Assembly (NCBI GenBank): GCA_026770705.1 | Contig: JANJGN010000026.1 | Span: 37,448,001 to 37,512,000, forward strand | Direction: 5' to 3' | DNA: 64,000 bases | DNA from: Isurus oxyrinchus | Lineage: Eukaryota | Shown: positions 1 through 12,054 of the stretch, in pieces | Layout: each line of letters begins with the position of its first letter | How positions within the stretch are numbered: position 1 is the stretch's first letter | Made by a program: the position numbers and the translations under genes | Notes under the pieces: model-generated | The model's input: only the letters and a program-made list of their open reading frames with translations | The model's database searches: none | What the model was told of the DNA's origin: nothing

Positions 1-209
1 GCCCTAGATTATTTGTCTCTGTTTTCTGACGCCTACGTCACTAAGACAGAACGTGTTCATTTGCAGAAATCGATGAATTTCTTGTTCATAAATTCTTTAA
101 CCCGCAACCGATGAGGTGATGATTGTTCATTTCGGAAGAATGTAAGGCTTGCGAACACCCTAATCATCAAAGAAGTATGTCAACTAAATTTCAGAATGCC
201 AAGTATATG

Positions 210-535
210 CGAACATAGGAAATGGGAGCAGAAGGAGGCCTATCGGCCCTTCGAGCCTGCTCCGCCATTCAATAAGATTGTGGCTGATCTGATTGTAACC
301 TCCCACCTACTCCCGGTTACCTTTCACTCCCTTGTTTATCAAACATCGATCTACCTCTGCCTTGAAAACATTCAAAGACTCTGCTTCCCCTGCCCTTTGA
401 GGAAGGGAGTTCCAAGGGCTCACTACTTTCTGAGTGAAAAAAAAATTCTCATCTCTGTCTTAAGTGGGAGACCCTTTATTTTTAAACAGTGACCCTTAGT
501 TCTAGAATCTCCCACAAGAGGAAAGATCCTTTCCA
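210..535 (-). mobile_element. CR1-type LINE 3' fragment
   Basis: Reverse complement matches the 3' end of the CR1 copy at 34600-34870 (…GATCAGCCA…GAATGGCGGAGCAGGCTCGAAGGGCCG…CTATGTT). Confidence 0.75.
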
Positions 536-726
536 CGTGTGATTTTTATTTGTACAGAGGGTTAATATGTATGTTATATTGTCATGTTATTATAAATAAT
601 AAAAATAATTTCATTCCATTAAATTACTTGGATGATGAACTGCTTTTTTTGCAGGAGTGACTTGTATCACTCTTCTTGCGTCTAAAACACATGCTCTGAT
701 TGTCTCCCGAGTCCCCATGTCGAGTG

Positions 727-1045
727 AGTTCTAGTACAGTCTCCTCCCCTCCTTGTCTCCCCGTGTTTCACCGCACTGTATTAAACCGCAGCATCTGAGA
801 ACTTAACCGAGTGAACGGTGAGAGTGGCAGAGCCTTTCTCACCCTCCATAGATACCTTAAACCTTCCCTTAACCCTTTCATCACTGAATATGGAGCCGAG
901 ATGCTGGGGAGTTCGATTGCAGAATTGCTGATACGAGAATATAAGTTCATTTACAGCAAAAGTAGAGTTATGGTTAAGCAAAATTATTTCTGTTGCGTTC
1001 CTGAAAAACCGATATCTGATTTTTTTCCCATTGGGAGCATGTAGC
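727..1045 (-). pseudogene. TCR V pseudogene, Cys-less family (family Y)
   Basis: LNHNSTFAVNELIFSYQQ…GRFKVSMEGEKGSATLTV…DAAV*YSAVK; RSS CACGGGG(759-765), 23-bp spacer, ACTAGAACT(727-735); stop codon, His/Ser at the Cys positions. Confidence 0.8.
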
Positions 1046-1432
1046 TTTCAAAATAAGAAGAAAATTAACATATTGAGATATACAAGGGAAATTAAATAAA
1101 GTGATTGTGGAAATAGGTAGAATAACCTCATGAATCCACTCATCTGCCTATCCACCCTTGGTCCACCTGAGTTAGCGGTTCTGTAAGAATAGCCCATAAT
1201 TATCAGCTATAGGAACTGTAGATCTGAGAGCTTTCATTACCTCTGTTCGCAAATCGATATTCCGGAGAGGCTCGGAGCTATTAACCCTATAAATGGCGGC
1301 GTGGAGTTAAGTTTACATATTTCCCAAAACTGCTTCTCTGTGGATTTGTTCAAGGACAAACAGGACAATAAAACTGCGGTAAATAGACCTGTCTGTTTCC
1401 CTTCTCTGGAACCCGGGAGCAAAAACCGCTCA

Positions 1433-1992
1433 GGTTTTTGTACGGTGTTGTGGCTGTGATCTAACGCTGTTCCTCATTAGACAGTAATACACCTCCACAC
1501 TCAATTCGATTATATTGAGGCAACCGTTCTTTTGAGACTGGTCAGCAGCCGCCAGATATCGTCCTGAAATGTCATCTTCTTTCAGTGCTAAGGTAACGGT
1601 AATAATCCATCTTGGTGGCTGTGCAGTTTGCTGCCGGTACCATTGCATGTAGTACATATTCTGATCTGTATACTCACAGTCTAACTGCACCGAACCCCCT
1701 TCTGACACTGTTATTCCACCGGGGACTGAGTTACTGGATCTGCTTATAGCCTGCCTGTGAGGAAGAGAAATGAAATATCAAGCGGTTAAGCAATGTTGAT
1801 CAAAATTTGTTTCTAACTGTGTGAGTTTGTGGAACCTCCTATCGACCTAGCTGTCCATCACATGGATATTTCTGATCGTTAATTGTTTTAAATATTGTCG
1901 CAACCTCTTAACCGCAGATTAATCTAATCTGCCTTGATGAATTTAATCCAGTGTTTACTGTCCAACAGCGCCGCCAGTATTATCAGAAACTT
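1433..1992 (-). pseudogene. TCR V pseudogene (family Z, paralog of 6355-6898)
   Basis: Leader start ATG->AAG (1990-1992); stop and frameshift at the start of the exon; DGA deleted before VYYC; heptamer AACAGCG(1465-1471), 23-bp spacer, ACAAAAACC. Confidence 0.9.
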
Positions 1993-2939
1993 GTCTGAGT
2001 GAATCTCTCTCAGAGAATGTGAATGGAATGAGCCAGAGATTGAGAAGGAGAGAGGGAACCCGGGCTCTGTTCAGCTCATTGCTCCACCCATATACTGCAG
2101 GGACCGAGCCCATTCTGACTTCACTCAGGAAACCATCCCTATTGGCTTTGGCCTTTCCACCACATGACGCAGTGACTCCCATGCTTGAACTTGGCGCCCG
2201 TCGCTGGTGATTTCGGTTCAATCCGTGTTTGGATGCGGCCGTTGATTGGATTGAGGGTTTATTGAAATGCACATCAAGACACGAATGTTCCCCAGAAGCC
2301 AAAATTTGAGCTGTTTAGACACAATCATCGTTCCTGCCGATGTTTATGTCGGAGCGTGATGTTAAATCTGTACGAATCATCGCTGAAGTTCTGTGTCCAA
2401 AACCTAGGCGCGACGAAGAAGAAGGAATGTCAAGATTTTGGAGAAATTGCCGGACGCTGTACACCAGAATGGCACCAGAGATGAGGAAAGTTTACGCGAA
2501 TAGGCAAGAGAAACTTGGAGTTTTGCCCTCGTAACAAAGACGGTAGAAGAGAGACTCAACTGATGTGCTAAAAATTATGCCCCTTTGAGAGGTTAGGTCG
2601 CAATTTCTTCCATTTTCAGAAGATTCAATAACCAAATAATTTTGATTTCATGAAAACAATAGAGAGGGAAAGATATGTTTTATTTATTACATTGTATGTG
2701 TTACCATCTAAAACACCATGCTTGAAATGACGGGGGAAGGAGATTTAATCGCAAATTTCAATACGGAGTTGTTATAAGTTGAAAAAAGAAAACAAAGTGG
2801 AAAATGCGGGGTTTGAAAGGCCATTGGGATGGGTCTTTCAAATAGACATAGATACTGCAAGTGGCGTCCTCATTCCGCTTTGTAAGTTTCTATGATTCTG
2901 CTCCCTTTTTGCCCCTCCCGCATTATTTATTATTAGCCA

Positions 2940-3185
2940 TTTGATGTGTGAAAAGGCGCAGGATGCTCACAGGCTTCTGGAGTTTCAACCATCGCTATTT
3001 CCGCTCCATCAGTTCCGGCTGCAGCTGATCACCGCCGCGCACTTTTATCAGTTTTCAATCTGCTGCATCCCCGGCCACATCTTCCGTTTGTTCCTCTCCT
3101 CTGACCCGATTTTGTTCTTGGAGGTATTGCTTCCCCATTCTGCCATTGGACAGATCAGCAATGCAGTGAACCAGCGACCTGATTT
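2940..3185 (+). promoter_or_regulatory. Orphan copy of the family-H V promoter/5' module, truncated by a CR1 fragment
   Basis: Aligns by eye to 19560-19820 and to the reverse complement of 47860-48100. Confidence 0.65.
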
Positions 3186-3189
3186 GAAA

Positions 3190-3455
3190 TAGAGATGATG
3201 CGAGTTTATTTTTTCACTCACAAAGTCGTGAGTATTTGAAACTCTCTCCCTGAAAAGGCGGTGGAAGCAGAGTTTTTATATATTTTAAGGTAGTTGTGGA
3301 TATATCCTTGGTAAGGGAGGGAGTGAAATGTTATCGGGTGTAGGTAGGGTGCACATTTCAGATTATAATCAGATCAGCTAGGATTTTATTAAATGGTGGA
3401 GCAGGTTCGAGGGGCTAAATGGCTTATTCCTGCTCCTTGCACGTATGCTTGTATG
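3190..3455 (+). mobile_element. CR1-type LINE 3' fragment
   Basis: …GAAATAGAGATGATGCG…AATGGTGGAGCAGGTTCGAGGGGCTAAATGGCTTATTCCTGCTCC tail. Confidence 0.7.
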
Positions 3456-3833
3456 ACCTGACGGATAATTACCCGCACTGAACATCGACAGACTCAATAA
3501 TTATCACTGTTAAAGTTTCGGTCAGCCGTCATACAGCAGAATCACATGTACACATGTTCAGTAAAATGTCCGAATCGACTCAACTGATTATAATCCTACA
3601 ATTAATCAATGCTGAAGATGTTCTCACAATGAAGACTGCTCTCAACGAATGACTATTTCTCCTAGCAGATACTTTATGCTGTGACTGTCACAATCTCTGA
3701 TCATAGCCGCTATTTCAAGGGTTTGATAAAGCTAGCGGCAGCCTCCATTTGCTGCTCTGGTTCTGAACCATCATGCCTGCTCTGTGTTATTGGAGAGATC
3801 GCTGCAGCAGTTCCGGGCTGTAAACAGGAGGGA

Positions 3834-4302
3834 GGTTTCTGTACAATGACTGCCGCCTTTCCTCTCAGAGTGGGGCTCTATCGCATAGTAGCACACAGCG
3901 GTATCCGCGCTGTCCGTCTTCTCAATTGGCCCCGTTTGTCCTCGGTGGAAAGTTCCAATTCGAGTCAGTCCTTTCTATCGTTGCCAGCCGTTATTCTCTT
4001 CATTATCCACTCCAGCCGCTGACCGGGCTGCTGTTTGTACCAATACATTCCGTAAATGCTGGACATGTCATAGCTGCAGTTTATCTGCACGAAATCCCCG
4101 CCCTGGACTATTCTCGCATTGGGAAACTGGAACACTTGTTCCGGACGACATCGACCTGTAAGAATTTAGACAATGAGACATTGAAGCAACGTGTGTATAA
4201 ACAGATACTCTCTACAGGTTACTGAATAAAACCCCAATACTTACAAGTTAGTAGCACTAGAATGACAGGGAGTAGCAGTAGAATGACAGGGAGTAGATTC
4301 AT
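3834..4302 (-). pseudogene. TCR V pseudogene
   Basis: Leader 4245-4302 with GTAAGT donor; exon from 4155 EQVFQFP…INCSY…MYWYKQQPG…; stop, frameshift, DTAVCYYA; RSS CACTCTG, 23-bp spacer, ACAGAAACC. Confidence 0.88.
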
Positions 4303-6354
4303 TTGTGTCGTAATGCATTCCTGCAATTAAAGTATCAGTAAGAAAAGGAAGCACAGCTCACATCAGCAGAGCACGGTTCGTCTGAGCGAAGTCAGTAGTC
4401 GGTTCATGTGACAGGGAGGGATAATGTTCCAGTCACGTGGTTTTGCTGCTGTTGGATTGGTTAGAAATAGACTTTGTTCTCGTGGCCTAAGGATGTTGTT
4501 TTTGACCCCCTTCTCATTTCTCCATCGGTTCCCATTGGAACATTTGAATTGTCGAAACTCCAGGAATTTCCTTCACTCCTTGTGGTGCGATGTGAGCGGA
4601 ACGCAATAACTTTGCGGCACTGACTCTCTAAAGGGACAAGCTTGGGCTCTGCGTCTTTGTAACCATTTGAAACTCTGTACAAAGATTGTCTTAAGGAATG
4701 AATTCAGCTTGTTGTTAAAATCCTATCTTATGATCTCTCGTGCTGAAATTGTACTTTTAAACTCCCATAACTGTAAGATTCCTGAATCTGCATCGGGACA
4801 GAATTGAAGGAGAAACGCACTGGCGCTTTTCGGTGATTCATCATACACCTGTGTGTATCATACTCCTGGCAGCATTGCCCGTGGAGCTGGTTCAAACCCC
4901 CTTAGGGCGAGGGATAGGGTGGGGTCTAGATAACTTGAAGAGAGTGAAAACTGAGCATGAAAGTCTTCCCTCGCAGCTTTAACATAAATTAGTCAAGGAT
5001 GTGATGCAGGGAAAGAAACCAAATGCAGGGCCGTGTCAATGTATCACTTTCCATTTTAACTTTGACCTTCAGCAAAGACACAGTTGATGCGATTTGCAAA
5101 AAAAATTCAGACAGCGAGTAGTAATGGGGTGTAATTCACCGCCGGGAAGTTTGGTCATTCCAGAGGGCATTGGATGATTAATTAAATAGAAACAATGTGC
5201 AGGGTTATGATGGAAAGGCAGGAGATTGGCATTAAGTTCAAATGCTCAGAGAACTGGTGAAGACACGATGGGCTAAATGGACTCTTTCTACACCGTAATA
5301 ATTCTGTGATTCTTTATTTATGTGATGTCAGATATTGGTGTGTGTCTTCTGTTTACACCACTTACTGTTTTATCTATCTTCCACACCCGGTGTTCAGCTG
5401 CCTCATGCTCAGCTACCATTGTCTAATATTGGATGGAATGCGTTAGATATGATAAAGCCGTACATGTAATGATTGTTGTCCGATGTATTTGAGATAATTC
5501 AATTCAGAGACAATTGTCAGAGAAATAATGTTTTATCCAATTGTCAAAGAAATAATGTTTTATTTATCGTATAGGACTTGATCCAAAGAATAAACATTCA
5601 TATCGGCTGCCCCCTGCTGCCTGTTCTGAGGAATGACCAGATGTGATGAGCAGGGAGTGTTCAATCGCCTGTCTGCAGTCCCTCTTTAAATATGCTCTGT
5701 CGTAACGGCACTTGTCTGATATTCAGGTCAGAAAGAAAGGGTTTGCATCATTACTTCAAGGACTAGAATGAGGGAATGTATAGGATTGTAGGTAATGTGT
5801 GGGGTCCAGGGAAAAGATGAGACCATCAAGCATGCAAAAGGAATGGATGGAGAATAGATAAGCTCAGGTGCCACTGACGAATTTGCGAAGTTGACTTGTA
5901 CTGGAAACGGAAGTTGAAAATGTCAAGTAATATATTTGTGCCGTTGCACCTTGTATGAGTTATGTTGAGCACTTTGTTCTGTTGCCTCGTTAGCAAGGGC
6001 CAGGTGACTCTTGCTCTGTAGGTTGAATCACTTGTGCTGTTCTTCTTTACCACTTTGTCAGAACTAATTGGAATTCTCAATGTGAATCTCTTCCGGGTAA
6101 TTTTCAGCCATAGCAACTAAAGTCTTTGAGCTTTAATCACCTCTGCCGGCACATCAATACTCCGGGTTTATATTGAGCTTGAAAAAGGCGGAATGGTGAT
6201 AGGCCCCAAGATTTTCCAAGACAGGGGCAACGACAGTAATATAACAGTACGAAAAACAGACCTGACAGCTTTTGCCTGCTGTGAACTCGAGATCAAATAC
6301 TTCCCTCCGACAAGGCACGAAAGAGAGCTGATCGGAGCTGCAAATGCTCACTGA

Positions 6355-6898
6355 GGTTTTTGTGCGGTGTTCTCGCTGTGATCTGACGCTGTGCCTCACT
6401 GCACAGTAATACACCGCCCCGTCCTCCACACTCAGTTCGCTTATATTGAGGTAACCGTTCTTTTTAGACTGGTCAGCAGCCGCCAGGTATCGTCCTGAGA
6501 TTTTATCCTCCTTCAGTGCTAAGACATTGGTAATAATCCAACTTGGTGGCTGTGCTGTCTGCTGCCGATACCATTGCATGTAATCCACACTCCGATCTGT
6601 ATATTCACAGTGTAACTGCACCGAACCACCTTCTAACATCATTATTGCCATCGGGGCCTGAGTTACTACGTCCTCACATAGTCTACCTGTGAGGGGAGAG
6701 GAACGAAGTGTCAAAAGGTTAAGAAGAGGTGTGCGCATGTCAAAGCTTCCGTCTAACAGCTATCAATAATATGGCAATTTATGATAGATAATTATATTAA
6801 CCGTTATTCGGAACATTTGCATTAATCTGCTAATACGCCTTGATTAAATTAATTCAGCACTTACTGTCGAACAGCGCAGCCAGTATTATGAGAAACAT
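6355..6898 (-). CDS. Intact TCR alpha/delta V segment (family Z); leader 6865-6898, V exon 6394-6686, RSS 6355-6393
   Basis: MFLIILAALFDS/RLCEDVVTQAP…VQLHC…QWYRQ…DGAVYYCAVR; phase-1 GT-AG intron; CACAGCG, 23-bp spacer, ACAAAAACC. Confidence 0.93.
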
Positions 6899-7042
6899 GT
6901 CTGACTGAATCTCTCTCAGTAAATGGTGATAGGATGAGTCAGAGATTGAGAAGGAGGGAACCCGGGCTCTGTTCAGCTCATTGTTCCACCCACACACTGC
7001 AGTGGGCCAGGCCATTGTGACCTCACTCTGGCTACCACTCCT

Positions 7043-7070
7043 ATTGGCTTTGACGCTGCGCATCACGTGA
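7043..7070 (-). promoter_or_regulatory. V promoter: CCAAT box, CRE half-site, E-box
   Basis: ATTGG 7043-7047, TGACG 7051-7055, TCACGTGA 7063-7070; similar arrangement in paralogs at ~2140, ~18855, ~48810. Confidence 0.6.
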
Positions 7071-7096
7071 CCTTGACATGACCATGCTTGGACTTG

Positions 7097-7110
7097 GCGC
7101 CTTCTGCTGG
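7097..7110 (-). promoter_or_regulatory. CTCF motif upstream of V promoter
   Basis: CCAGCAGAAGGCGC on the minus strand. Confidence 0.7.
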
Positions 7111-7710
7111 CGGATTCTTTTCAGTCCGGTTGAGAAAGCGACAATTCAGCGTGTTCAGGGTTATTTGAAATCCATAGCACGACATTTATTTCACGCAATG
7201 TTTCTGTGAAATTTAAACTGGAGCTGCTTGGACATAGTCTTTCTTTAACTCTTAATATTTATGTGATAATGCGGCGTTAACAGCGTAGAACACTCACTGC
7301 AGTCTCCTATCCAATCCTGGGCGGGACAAATCTGAAAGAATATGAAGATTTAGGAGAACGTGTGGAGGCTGCACATCAAACTCATGCCAGGGATGTTAGA
7401 CATTAATGCGAACAGACTAAGGAAACTGCTATTCTACCCCCTATAACAACCCTATAACAAGCAGGGTGCAAGGCCGAATTAATTGACGTGTTCAAACGCA
7501 TGTGGTTTTGACACAGCCTACCGCACGTGATCGTTTCCGTTAACAGAGGATTCAGTAGCGAAATCGTCCCGATTTCGTGGAAGAAAATGGATGGGGAAAG
7601 ATACATTTTATTTGTTACATTGCGATACTTTACCATCAAGAATACGGTGCTAAATTATAGGGGGAAGGAGATTCATGGTTAAATTTCTTCAAGGAGTTAC
7701 AAGCTTGGAA

Positions 7711-7773
7711 TGGTGGGGGGGGGGGGGGGGGGGGGGGGGGGGGTGGGGGGCGGTGCGGGGTGTGGGGGAGGGA
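7711..7773. repeat. Poly-G / G-rich tract
   Basis: Run of about 29 G plus GGGGG blocks. Confidence 0.85.
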
Positions 7774-7959
7774 GCAATAATGAGCGAGAGGGTAGATGAT
7801 TGCCATAACTCTTTCGAATAGGTAGGGTAAGCCGAATCTCACTCCATTCCATGGCTTTCAATGCTTCTGGTGCCTTCAGCCCCCTCCCGCACTACTCGTT
7901 CGCAGTCCCTTGAAAAGTGAGCATGAGCAGGATGAATGTAGATTTCCTGAGGTACAACC

Positions 7960-8246
7960 GTCGCTTTTTCCGCTCCAACACTCCCGGAAGCAGCTGAGCG
8001 TCAGCGCACACTCCTGTCAGTTTTGAGTCTGCACTATCCCCGGCCACTGCTTCCGCTTCCCGCTCTCGCTCTGCCCAGACTGTGGAATCGGAGAGATAGC
8101 TGACGCTGGTCCGTTCCAGCCATTGCTTAGAACAGCAGTAGAGCGGGCCGGGGATCTGCATTTCTGCTCTGAAAGAGAATTTCCTGCATCGAGGAGAGAC
8201 TGGCAAAGGAACTGTCATGGGGAGCCGTCTCGTACCGCTCCTCATT
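7960..8246 (+). pseudogene. Orphan family-H promoter plus truncated leader (MGSRLVPLLI), no V exon
   Basis: Homologous to 19610-19900 and to the 47752-48050 leader/promoter. Confidence 0.65.
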
Positions 8247-10300
8247 AGAGAATTAAATGACCAGGGTCTATCATGACTTAAATATGAAAGAACATAATGT
8301 TTGGTGCAGCAGTAGGTGAAGCATGTCCTTGCATAGTATGAACAGAGTCATGGCATATTGTATTGAAAAATTAATCAGTGCGTTGTGTGACATAAGCAAA
8401 TAAATTACCTAATGCAGTAACAATGAAACGGGGCCCAGTGTAATTTAACGGGAGGCAGTGAAATGAGTACAATGAACAGCGGCACGGTCTAGTGTAGCGG
8501 CAGCAAATACAGAGCCCGGAGCAATATTAACACAGGCTGGGCATTGCATAGTAATTCACGATATAATGTCTTGTGTAATATAAATAAAGGCAGGACTTGA
8601 TGCAATAAAACAGGGAAATTATCAAGTGCAGTATGAGACAGGCTCCCGTGCAATACAAAGAGAGATAATTGCCTTGATAATCGAGACATATGCAAACGTG
8701 AAATATCACTCGGCAAAATGTAGATTTTCTGCCGTGAATGGATTTCAACTTCTCACGAGATCATTCCAAAGCTGATTGCGAAGTTATTGACAGAATAGAC
8801 ATTCGAATCGATTGAGGTGAGAGAAATCTATATTTTTTAACCTGTGGATCTTTGGGTGTGACAAAGAGAAATGAACTGCCCAATTTAATCCAACTTGGTT
8901 CTAGAAGCGCAAGAAAAATTGAACCACTGAACTTTTGATAGTCAAGTCCAAGGCCAGGATGGATGCAGTTATCTCCAGGAAGTTTAGCTGACTGACTCTA
9001 TGTGTGACCTGTCTAATGTTGACAAGAGATCGGCACTTCCACATAGACGCTGCAGGTGATTCCTGGGGTTTTGCTGCCATCTGGAGGAGTAAATTAGAAT
9101 TTCACCCAACCAATATTTTCATCAACTTCGAGAACGATTGTTCACAAATTTCTTTTGCAAGACGTTCAGAAGACTATGATAATTGAATAATTGCAGTTAG
9201 TGCAATATAAAGCGCAGTTAACGAATCAGATTGCTAAGCATCTTGCCAGCTACGGCAATGATTAAATGATGAAATGTTTGCACAGATTGCCTCTTATAAC
9301 AAAGTCGATCTAAAAAAATACCGACTCGATTTGAAAACCATCCGTTGCAATGAAGAGTTCAATCTTTCTTTTGTATCTGTAAAGATCCCGTAACATCACT
9401 TTTGGTCCTGGGTTGTGATTTACATTCTTGAAAATATCCTTGTTGCTTCTTCACTGCCTCAAATTTGCACCTTTCACATTTGGAGATTATATGTGTTTTT
9501 TTTTAATTAAGTTTTAGGAAAGTCTTGCGGAAATGGTACCATGCCATTCTGCTCTCGTTACAAATAATTAGTGCAAAACAGAAAGCCATTAATATCTCTG
9601 GGATATTTACCACTCGCTTGTGTGAGTGCGCGTTGTCTTATCTGGTCATTGTGCACTGTCCTTTCCCTGGTTTGTAACTCATTTCCGCCGCCCTTCGGAG
9701 ACTTTTGCAATCAGACTTTTGTATTCAGTCAGTTTCTGACCATCTGTCCAGAATACACCACACCCGGCTTTATAGATTAATACTCCAATAAACATTGTTC
9801 ATCAGCATCTAATCGTCTCCTGAAAATAATCTCTTTGTACCGGTTTATATTATGGATTAGTTTTAATACGTTTAAAGCGCCTTTACTGTTTAGAAGTCTT
9901 TAATCGGGCTATTAAAATTATTAGGATCATCTCCCCCGATCCATCCCTCTGCTAAAAACAGATATTTTAAACCTAAAATTATTTGTATGTTTTCCATGTG
10001 TTCATTGTGAAACAGTGATACACGGATATAACCAGTTTCAGGGCAACTGCAGGTGTTTGTATTCTCAATGGTCGTGGCGAGCTTCCAGATATCTTCAAGT
10101 AAACAGAAGCCAATTCTTCCCTCACGCAGTGAATGTAATAATCAGACAGAGTCAGTATTCGATGTGAACGATTTTAAGTTGTGTTTGTGTGGATTGTGGT
10201 CAGGTTTTGCGCGCACAAGAATGAATTCATATATCAGTGTCTCACCCGCTGTTATACACAGCCCTCAGCAAACAGCAGCTGTGACCCAGAAACCTGCGCC

Positions 10301-10730
10301 AGTTATTGTATGAGGCTTTCAGTCATTGTGAGGTTTTGTGCACAGTAATAGACCGCAGTGTCTGACGTTCGCGGTGTCTGCTGCCATTTCCATAACCAGG
10401 ACAGGAGTGTTTGTTGCAGAGAAATGAGACATTAACACCGCTCTCTGCTGATCACAGGGACACAAGAGTAAATATAGACGGTTTCACCTCTCATTGACCC
10501 GAGAGACAGTTAGATATCTAATTGATCTGAGAGACAGTTTGAAATTTTATTGACATTAGAGACAGTTTGCTCTCTAATTGGTCTGAGGGATAGTTTGATC
10601 TCTAATTGCCCTTTGAATCAGTTGGTTCTTCATTTGATTAGAGAGAAAGTTTGAACTTTAATTGACCTGATCGACAGTGTCTTGATGGACTCCTCCTCTG
10701 CTGTACTGGTTCATTGATCTCCACCTGCAA
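10301..10730 (-). pseudogene. Disrupted TCR V remnant
   Basis: SDTAVYYCAQN; CACAATG(10324-10330), 14-bp spacer, ACAATAACT; 3' flank homologous to that of 51433; FR1-like sequence beyond the minisatellite. Confidence 0.7.
10475..10678. repeat. 28-bp minisatellite, about 7 diverged copies
   Basis: Unit ~GAGACAGTTTGATCTCTAATTGACCTGA. Confidence 0.85.
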
Positions 10731-11009
10731 CTGAACCAAAACATTGTTACCTGTTCAGACCTGCCTCAATATCTCGGTAATGAATTTAATTTGGTTTAAC
10801 ATTTCCAACTCAACCATCAAGAGCTGATGGTTAGCGACATGAAGAGAAAACAATAACAGTGAAATTTTAACAGGCTCCAGCCGGCCCTATTGACGCTATC
10901 CCTGCAGAATGGATGATATCTGTGCACCTGTAGTACACAAAAGAGTCAGCACATTGAGGAGAGCAGAGGCCGCTGTAGAGGTGATCTGCTCGGAATGGTT
11001 GGTTTATCT

Positions 11010-11300
11010 CTCAGTGCCTCACTGCACAGTAATACACCCAAGACTAATACACCCCAGTTTTTGCTCCCATGGTGCTGGCCCTACGGGGACTGTTATAACA
11101 TCTTGTTGGGTAAATAAATAGGTTGAAGAATGTGATAACAGCTGATATGATTAATTTCGGGCCACGGTTCTGTCGAATTCTATAGCAGTGAATACTCTCA
11201 GAGTCTCTGGTGATTAGATTTTACTGCATTTCAATCGATTGTCCCTCTTGTGTAAAGATCCGCTGTGACTGGTGGATTACAGCCTCTCCACCGATAGCGG
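11010..11300 (-). pseudogene. TCR V pseudogene
   Basis: AG acceptor then AIGGEAVIHQ…QEGQSIEMQ*…IHCYR…VYYCAVR, followed by CACTGAG; stops; no good nonamer. Confidence 0.75.
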
Positions 11301-12054
11301 CTGTTACAAAAGAGAAATAGTGTTCTAATGGCGAACACTATTCTCCACAAAGTCCTCACCTAAAGTCAAAATCAGAAGCTGTAATTCCATTCAGTGCGTT
11401 TTCCTGGTTTCTGCATTTGCGGGATCAGAAATATTACTGGAGAATTGATTTAATTTGGGGTCACTGAAATTTACAATCAAAGATATTTTTGTGGTAAATA
11501 CCTTTCATATCGTCAACGAGGGCAAAGGAGCAAACCGATGCTGATGTCTTTTTTCCACTGACATGCCCTCTGGAGCCAGGTTTCTCATTTTCCCTTTTTA
11601 CGAAAAGACGCAACTGTCTCCCAAACCCCAGGAACTGAGGTTTATACTTTTATACAAGGATGGACATCTATTGTGTCTGATAGGGACTCATCAAATCAAT
11701 TGTTTTGATGCTGCGATTTCTGCTGAATTTAATTCGAGCCCAGAAAATGAGTCGAGACCGCATTTGGTGTTGAAAATGAAGGCTTTGATATAAAATGGAG
11801 AGTTTTTGAGGCCTGTTGTTGTGGCGAGGAATGTACATGGCTTGTGTTGTTGCTGCGCCCTATTGAGTAATCTCCTCTTCTACAGCAGTAACAGGCTTCT
11901 AATCCTGAAGACTCCCCAGGGAATGGAATGCAAAAGCAACACTTGGATATTTTCAATTATTCAAATAATTACGATGGAATAGAGCGCCGCCTGGGTGGAC
12001 AAATACTTGTTCTTCAAACGTGCCTGTTAAGTGACAGGCAGAGGAAGAATCACA

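Noticed and set aside
6154-6738. 194-aa single-exon gene
   Set aside because: The ORF reads through intron and RSS; the real unit is leader plus V exon
7636-7842. Poly-proline ORF
   Set aside because: Artefact of a poly-G run
10475-10678. CRISPR-like array
   Set aside because: Contiguous diverged units without unique spacers, in a vertebrate context
11984-11998. CTCF motif (CCACCCAGGCGGCGC)
   Set aside because: Needs an indel or three mismatches; left out of the count
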